Notes under the pieces: model-generated
The model's database searches: none
Told to the model about the DNA's origin: nothing
What the model saw: the letters and a program-made list of their open reading frames with translations, nothing else
DNA from: Eledone cirrhosa
Lineage: Eukaryota
Assembly (NCBI GenBank): GCA_964016885.1
Contig: OZ024758.1
Coordinates: 6,820,001-6,884,000 of the forward strand
Direction: 5' to 3'
DNA: 64,000 bases
Shown here: positions 1 to 15,000 of the stretch, in pieces
Numbering within the stretch: position 1 is the stretch's first letter
Layout: the number at the start of each line of letters is the position of its first letter
Program-made: the position numbers and the translations under genes

Positions 1-202
1 CACACTGTAACGTGGTTGGCATTAGCAAGGGCATCCAGCCACAGAAACTAAGGCAAAAAATACTGTTCCATGTGAGCAAGATGTAGTGACCTGACATGTT
101 TCATAATGTGACAACCCATCTAACCCCACTCTCCAACTTTTACTACTCAGTTAATCTAAATAGAACAGATACAGAGAAAAATATCAAACCAAGACAACAG
201 AC

Positions 203-458
203 CTTCACTATTCCAGTTCATTTCTTGTTCAGCTCGATGAAGCTGCTGATCGATACTATTAAGTTTGTTGATAATAAGAGGAAACTCCACTGTAAGAGCT
301 GAAGTTCGGATATCATTGTACCAAAATACTGCTTGGTCAAGGTTTGTCACAAACTGATAGAAATCATCTTTTCTTGCATACAGTTCATTACTGCTGTCAG
401 GCATATTGGAAATGCCTCGAATCTCCATATATTTCACCTCTTTTAGGACTGATGTTAG
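203..458 (-). CDS. Dynein heavy chain exon 13 (LTSVLKEVKYME...MNWNSE)
   Basis: TTTCAG| acceptor, G|GTCTGT donor; 256 nt, phase 0/1. Confidence 0.9.
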
Positions 459-2607
459 CTGAAAATGTAACAACACAGATTAAAACTACCATATATACTC
501 AAATATAAGCCAAGCCCCCATCCTCACCATTTTATGTCTGAGAAATGGGCAAAAATCCAAATCCCATTTATAAGCTGAGGCAGCTAATCAACACTTTATG
601 TTCAGATGATGTGGTTTTGAAATTCTCAGGAGTGAAGAATATATTTAAGAAGTTTTAATATTTGGATATATAACATGTTTTAAATGTCCTTTACAGTATA
701 CTCTTTTATTTCACAACCCAATTATGTAATGATTTTTTTACCAATTTCCAGCCATTTTGAAGACCATATTCATTCAAACCATATCAAAAACAATAAGAAA
801 TATGAATTTCACATTCAAAGTGAAACTGGTGTAATATTCACCCCCAGAGTGAAACTGGTGTAATATTACCTCCAAAGTGAAACTGGTGTAATTTTCACCT
901 CCAAAATGAAAACGGTATAATATTACCTCCAAAGTGAAACTGGTGTAATATTACCTCCAAAGTGAAACTGGTGTAATATTCCCCTCCAAAGTGAAACTGA
1001 TGTAATATTCTCCTCCAAAGAGAAACTGGTGTAATATTCCCCTCCAAAGTGAAACTGGTGTAATATTCTCCTCCATATTCACAGCTTAAAATACTCACCT
1101 GGAGACTTAATGTATGTTTATTTTACCCAAACATATTGTATATAGTTTCATATATATGCTAGTATATATTCAGATTTTACAGAATATATAGAATAAGAAG
1201 CAGCCTAAGAAAGCCATAACTTACCTCCAAGTCAAAGTTAACAGAAACTAACTTGTTTACATAACTTCTTGTCAATAAAGGTTGCTCCAATTTATATTCA
1301 CAGATTTCATCAACATTCTCAATCCATTTTTTATAACACGACTTTTCAAACCTGAAATATGGTAGAAACAAGACAGCATTTACACTTATTAATATTTAAA
1401 GTGTACATAGCACTAATTTGAGATCTTAGTAACTCTTTTGATACCAAACAGACTGAAACTGCCCTGGTTCTAGAAAAATTAAGAATGTTTGTTTTAAAGT
1501 TTTTATATTTATATGAAAACCTTCCATCATAATTCTATGAAAGAACTTTTGCTAAGTGAACTTCCAAACATCATCGTAAAAATGGAATAGTTATGTATAT
1601 AACTAAATCCCTTCAAATTCTTGATGAAAAGTATTTATATAATAATATTTGAACAAAAGTTCTTAAATTTTTTATTAAATAAATTATATATATAAATAAA
1701 TAACATTACAAATTGCTCACAATCCTTTCAGAATAACATTACAAATATAATGTTCTCGATAAATACAAATATAAACACTTATAACAAATTCAATTAACCA
1801 TTGCTAAGTACCTCATGTCATTTATTAGAAATATGGCAATGAACGGGTGAACTAAATTATTATTTTAATGGACAGAGATATCGTTATGCTAGCAGGGGAC
1901 TTCAATGGTCATGATGGACAGCTCCAGGATGGATACACTGGGGTACATGGTGGGCATGGTTATGGCTCAAGAAATGAAGAAGGAGTGAGGCTTCTTGAAT
2001 TTTGTGATGCAAGTGCACTAACCATTTGCAACACTAACTTCAAGAAACCTACCAACCACCTAAGGCTGGTATGTATGGGTGACTGCTGGTCTTCCACCAA
2101 ACAACCATGCCTGGACTTGTGCCTTGGAGGGGAACTTTCTAGGTTTCAAATTCCATGGGCATTCGTGACCGAAGGGCGTCTTTACTTGTTTTATATACTT
2201 GAGTAATAGTCAATCTCGTGTAAAAGTCGACCCCCTATTTTTCGCTCCAAAATCTGGAATTTTCCATAAACCTTGTATAAAGTTGATCCAAGTATCTTAG
2301 GGATAACAGAGCAACATTTGTGGGTCAAAGTATCATTCTGTATGTAGAAATTAGCCATGGTAAAATACAATAATAATGAACTATAAATTGATTGCACTAA
2401 GCTAGTCTGTTAAGTTTGATGGATATGAGTAAAAGAGCAAGTGTAAATATTTATAAGAGATAAGCAACATTGCTTATGGATTTTGTTATTTACTAGGACA
2501 TATGCTTTGATGCATAGAACTGTTTACTTTCCTGACATTTGTACATTATTCTATGTACTATACATACACCTTTGATGAGTTGTAGTGCACCTGAGCACTG
2601 TACACAA

Positions 2608-2645
<38 letters not shown>

Positions 2646-5600
2646 TAAAAGCAGTTATATTACTGTAATTGATTGTGTTTTTGTTTTAATTCATTTAGAG
2701 ATCAGTTTGGTTTCTGCTACTGACACAGTACTTTGGATATTAGCTTGAATTTCAAGCCCCTCAAAAGTAGTATCTATATAATAGTCGACCCCATAAATTT
2801 AACCTTAAAAAATGGTCTAAAACTTTGACTTCTACACAAGATAATATATGGTAATTGCTATATTGCTATATTTAATTACTATATTGCTATATGGTAATTG
2901 CTATATTGCTATATATAATTGCTATATTGCTATATTTAATTACTATATTGCTATATATAATTGCTATATTGCTATATTTAATTGCCATGTTGCTATATTT
3001 AATTACTATATTGCTATATGGTAATTGCTATATTGTTATATATAATTGCTATATTGCTATATATAATTGCTATATTGCTATATTAATTACTATATTGCTA
3101 TATGGTAATTGCTATATTGCTATATATAATTGCTATATTGCTATATTGCTATATACAATTGCTATATTCTATAGTGTATTGTTCAATCTAGAAAAACTAC
3201 ATATTTACACACTGAAACTTAGAAACAATTGAAGCAAAATCTTCAATCAAGATAAGTAAAACTCACCCAGTAAGCCGACCTATAAGGTTTTCATATCTAT
3301 CATAGATAATCCTTGCATCTTCATCTTCAACACAACTGAAAAAGAAAAATCATTATAACCTTTTAGAGTATTTCAGAGTATTTTCTATGTTGTTTTGTAA
3401 ACCACATGAATAATAATACAGGGAGTTTTTATTGATAAATTACAAATTAAACAATGGTAAAATAAATAAAAAAGTGAAGGCATGTGGCCTAGTGGTAAGG
3501 GTGTTGGACTTACGATCATAATGTCGTGGGTCTGATTCCTGGATTGCGTGTTGTGTTCTTGAGCAAAATACTTCATTTCACATTGAAAATGAGTACCAGC
3601 AATAGCTGATGTTTAAACCTGTGATGGACTGGCATCCTGTCCAGGGAGAAGTCTTGTACTCTCGGTAGCTTCACACCATGAAACCGAGATAAGCACCTGC
3701 CAAATGAACCTTCTGGCTTAAGACAGACTTTAGACTTTTAAAATAAAAAAGAGGCAGTGAATTGGCAGAGTTGTTAGAATGTCATATAGAATGGTTTGTG
3801 GTATTCAATCTGGTTCCATTTATAGTGTATTAACCCTTTAGCATATCCAACCAGAATTCTCTCTCCTCCTTCTGTTTAAACCGGCCATAACTGACTGCTC
3901 ATACTGACATTAAGGTATTGTTCTTAAAATAAATAATATCAAAATCTCATTCGATATTGTGAGATAATTAGGTAAAATAAAGCCTTTACCACAAAAATAC
4001 AATAGCCATCATCATCATCATCATCATCATCATCATAGTATATATGATAAAGGGTTAAATAATAAATTTATATATATATAATGAAATTATTGTGTACAGT
4101 GCTCAGATGCACCACAACTCATCAAAGGTGCATGTATAGTACATAGAATAATATACAAAGGTCAGGAAAATGAACAGTGTATGAGTCATGATATACATGC
4201 ATGTGTGAGTATTTAGGGGGTATATCAGGTGTAGTGTTAGTGAATTTCAAGAAGCATGGAAGTATTGAAGGATGCAGTGTCTCGGCAGCTAACAACTGAG
4301 GCAGGTAGTTTGTTCGATGGAAGTTTTGAAGGATGCAGTGTCTCGGCAGCTAACAACTGATGCAGGTAGTTTGTTCCATGGAAGTTTTGAAGGATGCAGT
4401 GTCTCGGCAGCTAACAACTCAGGCAGGTAGTTTGTTCCATGGAAGTTTTGAAGGATGCAGTGTCTCGGCAGCTAACAACTGATGCAGGTAGTTTGTTCCA
4501 TGCTTCAGCAACTCTGAGCGTGAAAAATGTTTCCAAAAGTCATGGGAGCTATACTGTTTTCTGACTTTGTAGGCATGCCCACGTGTGTTAGACACATAGA
4601 ATTCAAAAAGGTGCTCAGGGTTGTTGTTGGCAAGAGACAAGTCAGATCAGATGACTGTGTCTTGCTCATACAGAACTGTTTCTAGCTTGGTTTCTACAGC
4701 TGGATGCCCTTTATAGTCATGAAAAATGGAAACATCAACAGCATTAGTGAAGAAACCTTAAAAATATCCCCAACAATATGTCGAGAGCAAAAGACAATAA
4801 ACATATATTGGATTATTTTTTTAGTGAAAATTTATTTTCACTAAATGCAAAAGGCTTGTCTTTTATTTTTTTACTTTTGAAAAAAATCACAAAAATATTA
4901 AAATATTTAAAAAAGATATTTGAATAAGCCCCTTGTAATGAATGAAGGCCTTTAAATCACAAACACCCCAAAATATAAAAGTATTTTTAAAAGATATTTG
5001 AATAAGCCCCGAAAGTCATGGGAGATGTGCTGTTTACTGACTTTGTAGGCATGCCCACGTGTGTTCGATACATGGAATTCAAAAAGGTGCTCAGGGTTGT
5101 TAGTTATGAGAGCTATACTGTTTTCTGACTTTGTAGGCATGCCCACGTGTGTTAGACACATAGAATTCAAAAAGGTGCTCAGGGTTGTTGTTGGCAAGAG
5201 ACAATTCAGATCAGATGACTGTGTTTTGCTCAAACAGAACTGTTTCTAGCTTGGTTTCTACAGCTGGATGCCCTTCATAGTCATGAAAAATGGAAACATC
5301 AACAGCATTAGTGAAGAAACCTTAAAAATATCCCCAACAATATGTCGAGAGCAAAAGACAATAAACATATATTGGATTATTTTTTTAGTGAAAATTTGTC
5401 TTTTATTTTTTTACTTTCGAAAAACAATCACAAAAATATTAAAATATTTTAAAAAGATATTTGAATAAGCTGCTTACTTGTAATGAATGAAAGCCTTTAA
5501 ATCACAAACCCTCAAAATATAAAAGTATTTTTAAAAGATATTTGAATAAGACCCTTACCTGTGATGAAGGCCTTTAAATCACAAACCCCTTAAAATATAG

Positions 5601-8600
5601 ATTTAAAAAAAGATATTTGAATAAGTCCCTTACCTGTGATGAAGGCTTTTAAACTTAACAATAAAGTATGTTATTCTTGTTTTCATTTGTTCAGCCCATT
5701 TTAGACTTCCAGATACCTTCGGCATAAACTTTGGGAGGATAATTCTTTGTTTTTCCTTTTGATGTTTCATCTGTTCTTTGTACATGCTGTCTAGAGTATC
5801 AAGTTCTTTATTCAGATATTCAGTAATTAATTGATATTTACTATCAAATAAATTTTTAATCAGAGGTCGTTCCAGGAGGTTAACCATCATTTCTACAACC
5901 TGAAAACAGAAAATTGCAAGTAAAAACTGTACGAGGATCGGCAGATAAGTTCATAGGCTGACTATGAAGGAGTGATGCTAGAACGTTGAAATCTTGCATG
6001 CATTAACTTCAACTTGTTAATAACTGCATTGTTTCTTTCCAGGGAATGTGTTGAAAAATAAACCCCCTTGGTCATTCCATGAGAATATCTTGGTCAGCCT
6101 ATGAACTCTTCAGCCAACCCTTGTAGGTCCTATAAAGCAGGCATGACAAACTGAGGGTCCCGCAAGGGCCACATGGATCACATATGTGTTGTCTGAGGGC
6201 CACATGTGTTGTCTGAAGGCCACATGGGTCACATATGTGTTGTCTGAGGGCCACAGGGGTCACATATGTGTTGTATGAGGGCCACATGAGTCACATATGT
6301 GTTGTATGAGGGCCACATATTACAACTAATATTTTTCATTTCATATTACGCTCGTGCTGTAAAAATCTGGGCATAGGTGTGCTTGTAAAGGGCCGGATGT
6401 GGCCCCGTGGCCCACTTATTAGACATGCTAGCTATAAAGTATATTCAGTTTATAGATACAGGTATGGCTTCACAACCACATGGTTTTGTGTTCAGTCACA
6501 CTGCATGACACCTTCGGAGTTTTCTACTATAATCTAATCTAATCTGGCCGAGTTTACACTCGCAAATAAGAGGAACCAGAGCTGCCCCTAGTAGCATTGG
6601 ATTTGGTGTACTCCATATTTGTTTCTGTTGCTGAATACAATCAGGGGTCACTGCTTCTCCCGAAGGTCAATAGTTCTCTTCTAACTCAAGTGGGAGCACC
6701 TAACTCTTCTAACTCGAGTGGGAAGCCCAATCCTAAGCCTGCTCCTTATTTTAGTATAAACATTTGAAATAACAAACCCATTTTTAGATATTTTCTGCTA
6801 AATCATTAAAGGATGTTAAAAGTTCTGAATATAGTTGAAATAATGTTATATTATTTTTACTGTATGTGGGGGATTGGCAGTATCTGAGCGTAAAAATATG
6901 TTTCTGAAAGTCATGGGAGCTGTGCTGTTTTCTGACTTTGTAGTCATGCCCACGTGTGTTAGACACATGGAATTCAAAAAGGTGCTCAGGGTTGATGTTT
7001 TACTATAAGTCATCACCGTGTTGCAACTGCAATAGGAATTTATGCTGGATATTCTAATAATCACCATCATTATCATCATCTAGTATAAACAATACTATTT
7101 GTATATGAAAAAAGAAAACAGCAACAAAATCCTGCAAAACAAAGGACCTCAACCCATTGACAACAATTACTACCTTCAAATATCCATCAAGTTCACCACA
7201 TTCATCAAAAGCTTTACAAATAATTGTTGCAAGGCGATGATCATATTCTGTAACTTTTTTCCGGAATGTGTTGTAGTCATCCATAAATTCCTACAAAAAT
7301 ATAAAAGAGAAAACTGTTTAGCACAGGAAAATATTGTGTGTGAAGGTTTTTGATATTATTGGTGGATTGGCAGTATCGGTAGAGAGTCGGACGCCATGCT
7401 TTCCAGCATAGCTACGTCCCTTTATGGTCTGAGTTCAAATCCCGCCGAGGTTAACTTTGCCTTTCATCCTTACGGGGTCGATAAAATAAAGTACCAGTAA
7501 TGTACTGAGATAATTGCTGGCCTTGTGCCAAAAGTAGAAACAATTATTACCATTATTAAGGGTTGTGGATTGGCAGAATCGGTAGAGCGTCGGACAACAT
7601 ATTTCACAGCATATAGTTATGTCTCTTTACATTCTGAGTTCAAATCCCGCCAAGGTTAACTTTGCTTTTCACCCTTACGGGGTCAATAAAATAAAGCACC
7701 AGTAATGCACTGGGGTCAATTTAATCGACTTGCCCCTCCCTCAATATTGCTGGCCTTGTGCCTAAAGTAGAAACAATTAATTATTGCCATTATTGATTAT
7801 TGATATGAAGACTCAATATCATAAACATATTTCTGATGAAAGACACTGTTGATCATTTCCAAATAATTCTGAAAACAATCAAGATTTTGGAAAGGTTTAG
7901 TAATATAATTGACTTTCTCATTATTAAGCTTACAATCATAACATTGTGGGTTTGATTCCTGGACTGGGTTGTGTTTGTATCCTTGAGCAAAACACTTCAT
8001 TTCATGTTACTCCAGTATACCCAGCTGTAAACGAGTACCAGCAATAAGTGTGTGGTTTAATCCCATAATGGATTGGTGTCCTGTTAAGGGAGGGGGATAG
8101 TCATGTACTCTCAGTTACTTAATGCCAAGGAAACCGTGGATAAGCACTTACCTGATGAGTCTTTGGCTTAGAACTGGCTTTAACTTAATAAACAACAAGT
8201 TCAGACAATTATGCTACTCTGCAAAGTAAATGAATCCATTCAATCATTAGTTTATCTCTACTTAAATATCCATCATTGATATTTGCTTATTTTAATTGTA
8301 TGACATCTCAACACAACAGACATTATATTCCATATCTCAGTACCCCACAAACCTGCTCAAGCAGAGACAAACTGAAACCTCTTGGTACCCCCCACAAACT
8401 TATTCAAGCAGAGCCAAACAGACAAGACTCAAACCTCTTGATATCTCACAAACCTGCTCAAACAGAGCCAAACTCAAATCTCTTGGTACCCCACAAACCT
8501 GCTTAAGTAGAGCCAAACAGACAAGACTCAAACCTCTTGGTACCCCCACAAACTTATTCAAGCAGAGCCAAACACCTACCAAACTCAAACCTTTTTATTC

Positions 8601-11600
8601 CACTCACCGGATCATTCCAGTCACAAGTATCATAAGTCTTTTCTTGGAATACATTGTACTGATTCTTGAATTCTACACAGATATCTTCAACTTGCTTTGT
8701 AAGATTCTTGCCAGTAATACCACCTATAACAATTTTCTCTAGTTTATTAAATTCATTAGATGTTTCTAAGAGTTTCTGAAAGAAAGAAAAGAAAAGTACA
8801 CATTAATTATTAAGTTTTATCTTCCAACTGTCGGTTGAAAGCAGACTTTAAACAGATTATAGTAGTAATTCACAAAAGATTTGGAAATATTTGCCTATAC
8901 TTATTTATTTTTTTCCCTAGTGAAATTTTATTTGTAAGTATAATAATATTACAAATAGAAAGAGAAAAAAGATAGGAAAGAAGAAAAGAAAAACTCACAC
9001 AAGCATGTAATACACACATCTAAGACCACATACAATGCAAGGCAGGTGAAAGGGGTGGACAAACAAACCGCAGCCAGAGCAAAAGATAACAATATGGCGA
9101 GGAGCACTGGGAAATCTCTCTAATAATATTTTAGGTAAACCAGCACACTCGTAAGGGTAAAACTTTAAAGCAGTGACTATGTCACTTACTTAGTTTCAGC
9201 AAAAGCAATGGGAAGCAACCGACGACCGTTTCTTGCTCATTTAGTGGTTGTCAAAATTACATATCCCTTCGCTTCTGCCAAGATTTATAGAAGCTGGATT
9301 CTTATAGAATTCCAGTGATGTTTAAGAGCTGATTAAACAGAGCAGTTTCCGGTCCAGCAAAAGTTAGGAATTAGTATTGGTGCTCTGAAATAGCGATGTA
9401 TATATGAATGTATGTATAGTATATTCAAAAATATTTTTTATAATTTTTAACTACCTTCAATAACAAAATTCTATGGAGAAATTTGTCTAATTTTTCTAAC
9501 ACTTCATCTCCACCAAACTGCCACATCTCAACGTCTTGATTTTCTGAGAAAAACGAGGGCACGTTCTCTTCAGCTTCATTATAGGCCTCTTTGTAATTTC
9601 TTAAAATCTTTTCTGTCTCAGCCACTTTCCACATATCTTCATCAGCTTCTCCTTTGAATAACTCGGTTGGCTCAAGATAAGCTCTTGCCTGGTTTTTACA
9701 AATATAGGTAAACAAGTTAAGATTTTAGTTTCTTAATATATACAGTAGGCTGTAACAGTAGGTAGGTATACAGGGGGCTGTAACAGTAGGTAGGTATACA
9801 GGGGGCTGTAACAGTAGGTAGGTATACAGTAGGCTGTAACAGTAGGTAGGTATACAGGGGGCTGTAACAGTAGGTAGGTATACAGGGGGCTGTAACAGTA
9901 GGTAGGTATACAGGGGGCTGTAACAGTAGGTAGATATACAGGGGGCTGTAACAGTAGGTAGATATACAGGGGGCTGTAACAGTAGGTAGGTATACAGGGG
10001 GCTATAACAGTAGGTAGGTATACAGGGGGCTGTAACAGTAGGTAGGTATACAGTAGGCTGTAACAGTAGGTAGGTATACAGGGGGCTGTAACAGTAGGTA
10101 GGTATACAGGGGGCTGTAACAGTAGGTAGGTATACAGGGGGCTGTAACAGTAGGTAGATATACAGGGGGCTGTAACAGTAGGTAGGTATACAGTAGGCTG
10201 TAACAGTAGGTAGGTATACAGGGGGCTATAACAGTAGGTAGGTATACAGGGGGCTGTAACAGTAGGTAGGTATACAGTAGGCTGTAACAGTAGGTAGGTA
10301 TACAGGGGGCTATAACAGTAGGTAGGTATACAGGGGGCTGTAACAGTAGGTAGATATACAGGGGGCTGTAACAGTAGGTAGGTATACAGGGGGCTATAAC
10401 AGTAGGTAGGTATACAGGGGGCTGTAACAGTAGGTAGATATACAGGGGGCTGTAACAGTAGGTAGGTATACAGGGGGCTGTAACAGTAGGTAGGTATACA
10501 GGGGGCTGTAACAGTAGGTAGGTATACAGGGGCTGTAACAGTAGGTAGGTATACAGGGGGCTGTAACAGTAGGTAGGTATACAGTAGGCTGTAACAGTAG
10601 GTAGGTATACAGGGGGCTGTAACAGTAGGTAGGTATACAGTAGGCTGTAACAGTAGGTAGATATACAGGGGGCTGTAACAGTAGGTAGGTATACAGGGGG
10701 CTGTAACAGTAGGTAGGTATACAGGGGGCTGTAACAGTAGGTAGGTATACAGAGGGTTAGTGTGGAAGATAGATGTTAATCGATGATGATGATGATTAAG
10801 ACTGTGTTGGTACAGACAAGTGATGCACATGGGTAATGATCTCTGGTTGAAGAAATGCCAGGAAATCTCAGTGGAATGAGGCTGTAGTAGTGGTAGACTA
10901 AGGAAGACCTTGGGGAGATGACGAAGGAATGTGGCGAATGGAGAGGTGCTGCACTGAAAACGACCTGTGCAACCAATGCAAGCATGGAAAAATGGACGTA
11001 AAAATGTTGATGATGATGATGGTGCGGGTGGTGATGATGGTGGTCATGTTGATGATGGTGGTGGTGGTGGTGGTGGTGGTGGTGGTCATGATGATGAGGA
11101 GGAGGGGGGTTAAAGTAATTAAAAGCCAATGTACCAAATTTATGATCAAATTAGATGTTTCTTTTAAGAGAATCTTCATCCGATAGGAAGTGCTGTAAAA
11201 TTTTGATTCGGCCCAGATTTTAGTAATGCTATCAAAGAGAACGGGAAAATGTCTGTCCAACTGAGGCCAACTTTCTACTGCCATCTCTTCATATATCATT
11301 TGTAGTGAAGATAAGTGACTGTGGATGACTTCAGCTTCATTTAAACCTGGAGGAGAAAAGAAAAAAATGAAGAAAAAAAAACAAAAGCAAAAACATAAAC
11401 ATCAAAGTATGACTTCTTCTTCTTGTGAATACACTTTCATTTATATTTATCTATTGTTATACTTTGGGAGGGTCATGTTGTTATACTTTGGGAGGGTCAT
11501 GTTCCCAACAAAAACACACGCACCTGTTGGTTTTTCCCTTCAATTTATTATAAATTTCCGATTGGCTGGTTGGTCGGTTGGTTCAATAACCGGAAGGTTG

Positions 11601-12021
11601 TTTATATGTTGTCAAAGCTCTTTCATCACACATTCTGTGACCTCCTCAGTGACTATGTTTTTATTTTGTGTGTCTCAATGTTCAAAAGTGGCCCGCCAAT
11701 GGAATATGTTGCACACCCCTGGTTTAGACTCTCCTATGATAGCCATATCAGAGGTACCTCGTGTAGGATGTGGCTCTTCATCACACTGGTCGGTCTTTGA
11801 ACTGAGAGAGACTAGGGGCTCAGCTTGAGTGAGCATAAATGCCATGTCATCAGTTTTCTGAGGGACATGTTGAACAGACACTGGGACAAACGGTGACGCC
11901 ACAATAGACCATCCAGTGTCAATAACACAACTTCACTAACGGTTTTAAGTGGTCATGTAATCCCAAGCAGACATGGAGACTGAGAGAAAGTCAGCAGCAT
12001 CTGGAAGGAAGGAGGGAGAGG

Positions 12022-12098
<77 letters not shown>

Positions 12099-15000
12099 TG
12101 TGAAATGTAAGATTTATGGAGATAAAGAAATGTTGAAACCTTTGAATCAACTTACCAGCAGCAACATCCATGAACATATTTTGAAAAGATTGGAAGTAAA
12201 TACTTTTTGTTACTCTTAATATGTCAGACATTTTCTTTACTTTTACTGTGTTCAACTACAATTACATAAAAATATAACACATTACTGATTTGAAAGCATG
12301 TGGAGGTGTGTGGCCTAGTGGTAAAGGTGTTGGTCTTACGATCATAATGTTGTGAGTTTGATTCCTGGATTGGGTTGTGTGTTGTGTTCTTGAGCAAAAC
12401 ACTTCATTTCATGTTGCTCCAGTGTACTCATCTGAAAATAAGTACCAGCAATAGCTGGGGGTTTAACCCTGCGATGGACTGGTGTCCTGTCCAGCAGGAA
12501 GTCTTGTACTCTCAGTCGCTTTACGCCAGGAAACCAGGATAAGCACTGGCTTGATAAGCCTTCTGTCTTAAGACAGACTGATTTGAAAGGAAGCATTAGT
12601 GTCCATTATTCTCTAATATACAAAAAGGTGCACAGCACAGAAGTCGATGGAAACCATGGAGTGGGGAGACCCAAGAAGACCTGGGATGAGGTGATAAAAG
12701 ACAACCTTACCCAATTGCACCTCTCAAAGGCGATAACACACGACCATGACCTCTGGCGTCACGCAGTAATACAGAAGGCCTGACTTCCCACGGGTACAAG
12801 CTGAAGCTGAAGTATACAGACAATATACGCCATCTTTCTTGGTCGTACTAATAGGGATATTTATTCATCATAGAAAACATTTAGAGGTAACAAAGGAGCT
12901 TCTTCACCAAATTACGCTCAATCATCTTAAAGAATTGAAGCATTGATTCTCTAAAAAAAATGGGATCACTAATGCTGGCATGTAGTATAGTTATTTTATG
13001 GAAATTTTGTTGGATCAGGGTTAACTGGAGATAGGCAACAACAAAGAAAAAGGGGGAAAAAACTGCCAAAAGTATATAAAGCAACCGATTCCAACAAAAG
13101 TTTTTAAAAGATATATTTGCTTTTACCTGTTCAAAAATACATCTTAGGTTTTGTGAGTGGTTTTTCCAAAACTCAAGTTCAACAAAAGGGAGAGAATTTT
13201 CATCATTAATGAAAATCTGTGCAGAGTCTTTCCTTAAGACTACACTAATCTGGCGAGACCATTCTATAATCACTGTTTCAATACAATGAATAAGTTGGTT
13301 ATCAGGTTGTGTGCTGTAAAAGAAGGAATAACAAGCAAATCACTCAAATAAGGTAAACGAATAAAGATATTAGGCATGTGGCCTAGTAGTAAGGAGGTAG
13401 GATTTACGATCATAATGGCGTGGGTTTGATTCTTGGACAGGGTTTTGTGTCATGTTCCTGAGCAAAAACATTTCATTTATTACTGTATAACCATGGGTTT
13501 ACTTGACCAGTAAAAACACTACAAACAACACAACACAACACTCTTTATTACAGCACCTATCGACAGTCGATCGGCTTTCGTCAAATTGGACCGAGGAAAC
13601 AATGTTTCCGTTGGTCTTTCCAATTGCTAATACTATCTATCGGTCGCAACTCCAGGTAGAAGGAGCAACGTGAAATAAAGTGTCTTGCTCAAGGACATAA
13701 CGCATCGCCCGGTCGAGGAATCGAACTGATAACCTCACGATTGCAAATCCAGTTCTCTAACCAATCAGCCACGTACCTCCACAGCACCTGTAAAGAATCT
13801 TATGATGAACAATATCTCACTTACTCAGAAATTTTCTCTATATCCACAAAATTAGGTGGAATAGGTAGAATTGTCTTTCCTAATATTTCACCCATACTCA
13901 GGTCAATATTTCTTTTCAAGTTATAAGAAGCTTGGATTATATCCTCAGATATAACTGATGTCCATGTTGTGTGATTTGCCTTATTTATGATAATAGGAAG
14001 CAAAACCTGAAAAAGGAAATATATACAAATATCAAAAACATTATATATTTACATCTCTGTGTGCGTATATCATCATCATCATCGTTTAACGTCCATCATC
14101 TACGCTAGCATGGGTTGGACGAGATTGTCCCACTTGAGGCAAGATTGGTCGGGTGACCGTGTCTCGCTCGTACAGGACTGTATCTGGCAGGTATCTATGG
14201 CTGGATGCTCTTCTTTAACACCAACTACATTTACAGTGTGGACTGGGAGTGTGGACTGGATGTTCTGTGGCACCAACATAACTTTACAGAGAAAGGGTGG
14301 TGTGGGTGGAAGTGGGAGGATAGAATAAAAATAACCAGGATTGAATTATATTAAATTATATAATTGATTGAACTGTCTTTTACCTATCTCGCTATGGACT
14401 ATAAAATCACATTTGAACGTTGAAATATTCTTTGCTTTTACATGGTTGTGTTATCAACTCATCTAGACTATTAATTCTATTCTATTATAAGTTGAGCCAA
14501 ATTATACAGCTTCATATGCAAATAAGATTAATCACCTCATTTACACAGATGGAAAAACAATATATTTTCACCTGTTTTCAAAGTCCAGCAGTTGCAAGAG
14601 CAGGAGAGATCGTCCTGACGAGAACCAGTTGAGTTTGAAACATATATATATAGGCAGAGCACTAAAAGTTGATGGAAGCCATGGAGTGGGGAGACCCAAG
14701 AAGAACTGGGATGAGGTGATAAAAGCAGACCTTGCCTAATTACACCTCTCAATGGTGACAAATCAGGACCGTGACCTCTGGCGTCACGCAGTAATACAGA
14801 AGACTGACTTCCCACAGGAACAAGCCAAAGCTGAGGCATATAAACAATATGCCCCCAACTGCAAAGTGCTCGTGGAGGTGTCACGACAAAAAAAGCACCC
14901 AGCCCACACTGTGAAGTGCTCTTATAGGTACCACGGAAAAAAAGCACCCAGCCCACACTGTAAAGTGGTCTTATAGGTACCACGGAAAAAAAGCACCCAG

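Noticed and set aside
1090-1110. Strong donor-like CAG|GTGAGT in dynein intron 12
   Set aside because: Exons 12 and 13 already join in frame with continuous homology; no supporting open exon
9733-10830. 365-aa minus-strand ORF with LLLQPPVYLPTVTAPCIPTYCYSP repeats
   Set aside because: Translation of a 28-bp minisatellite that lacks stops on that strand; lies in a dynein intron
10776-11186. Poly-His/Thr/Val ORFs
   Set aside because: (GGT)n/(GAT)n microsatellite at a retroelement tail
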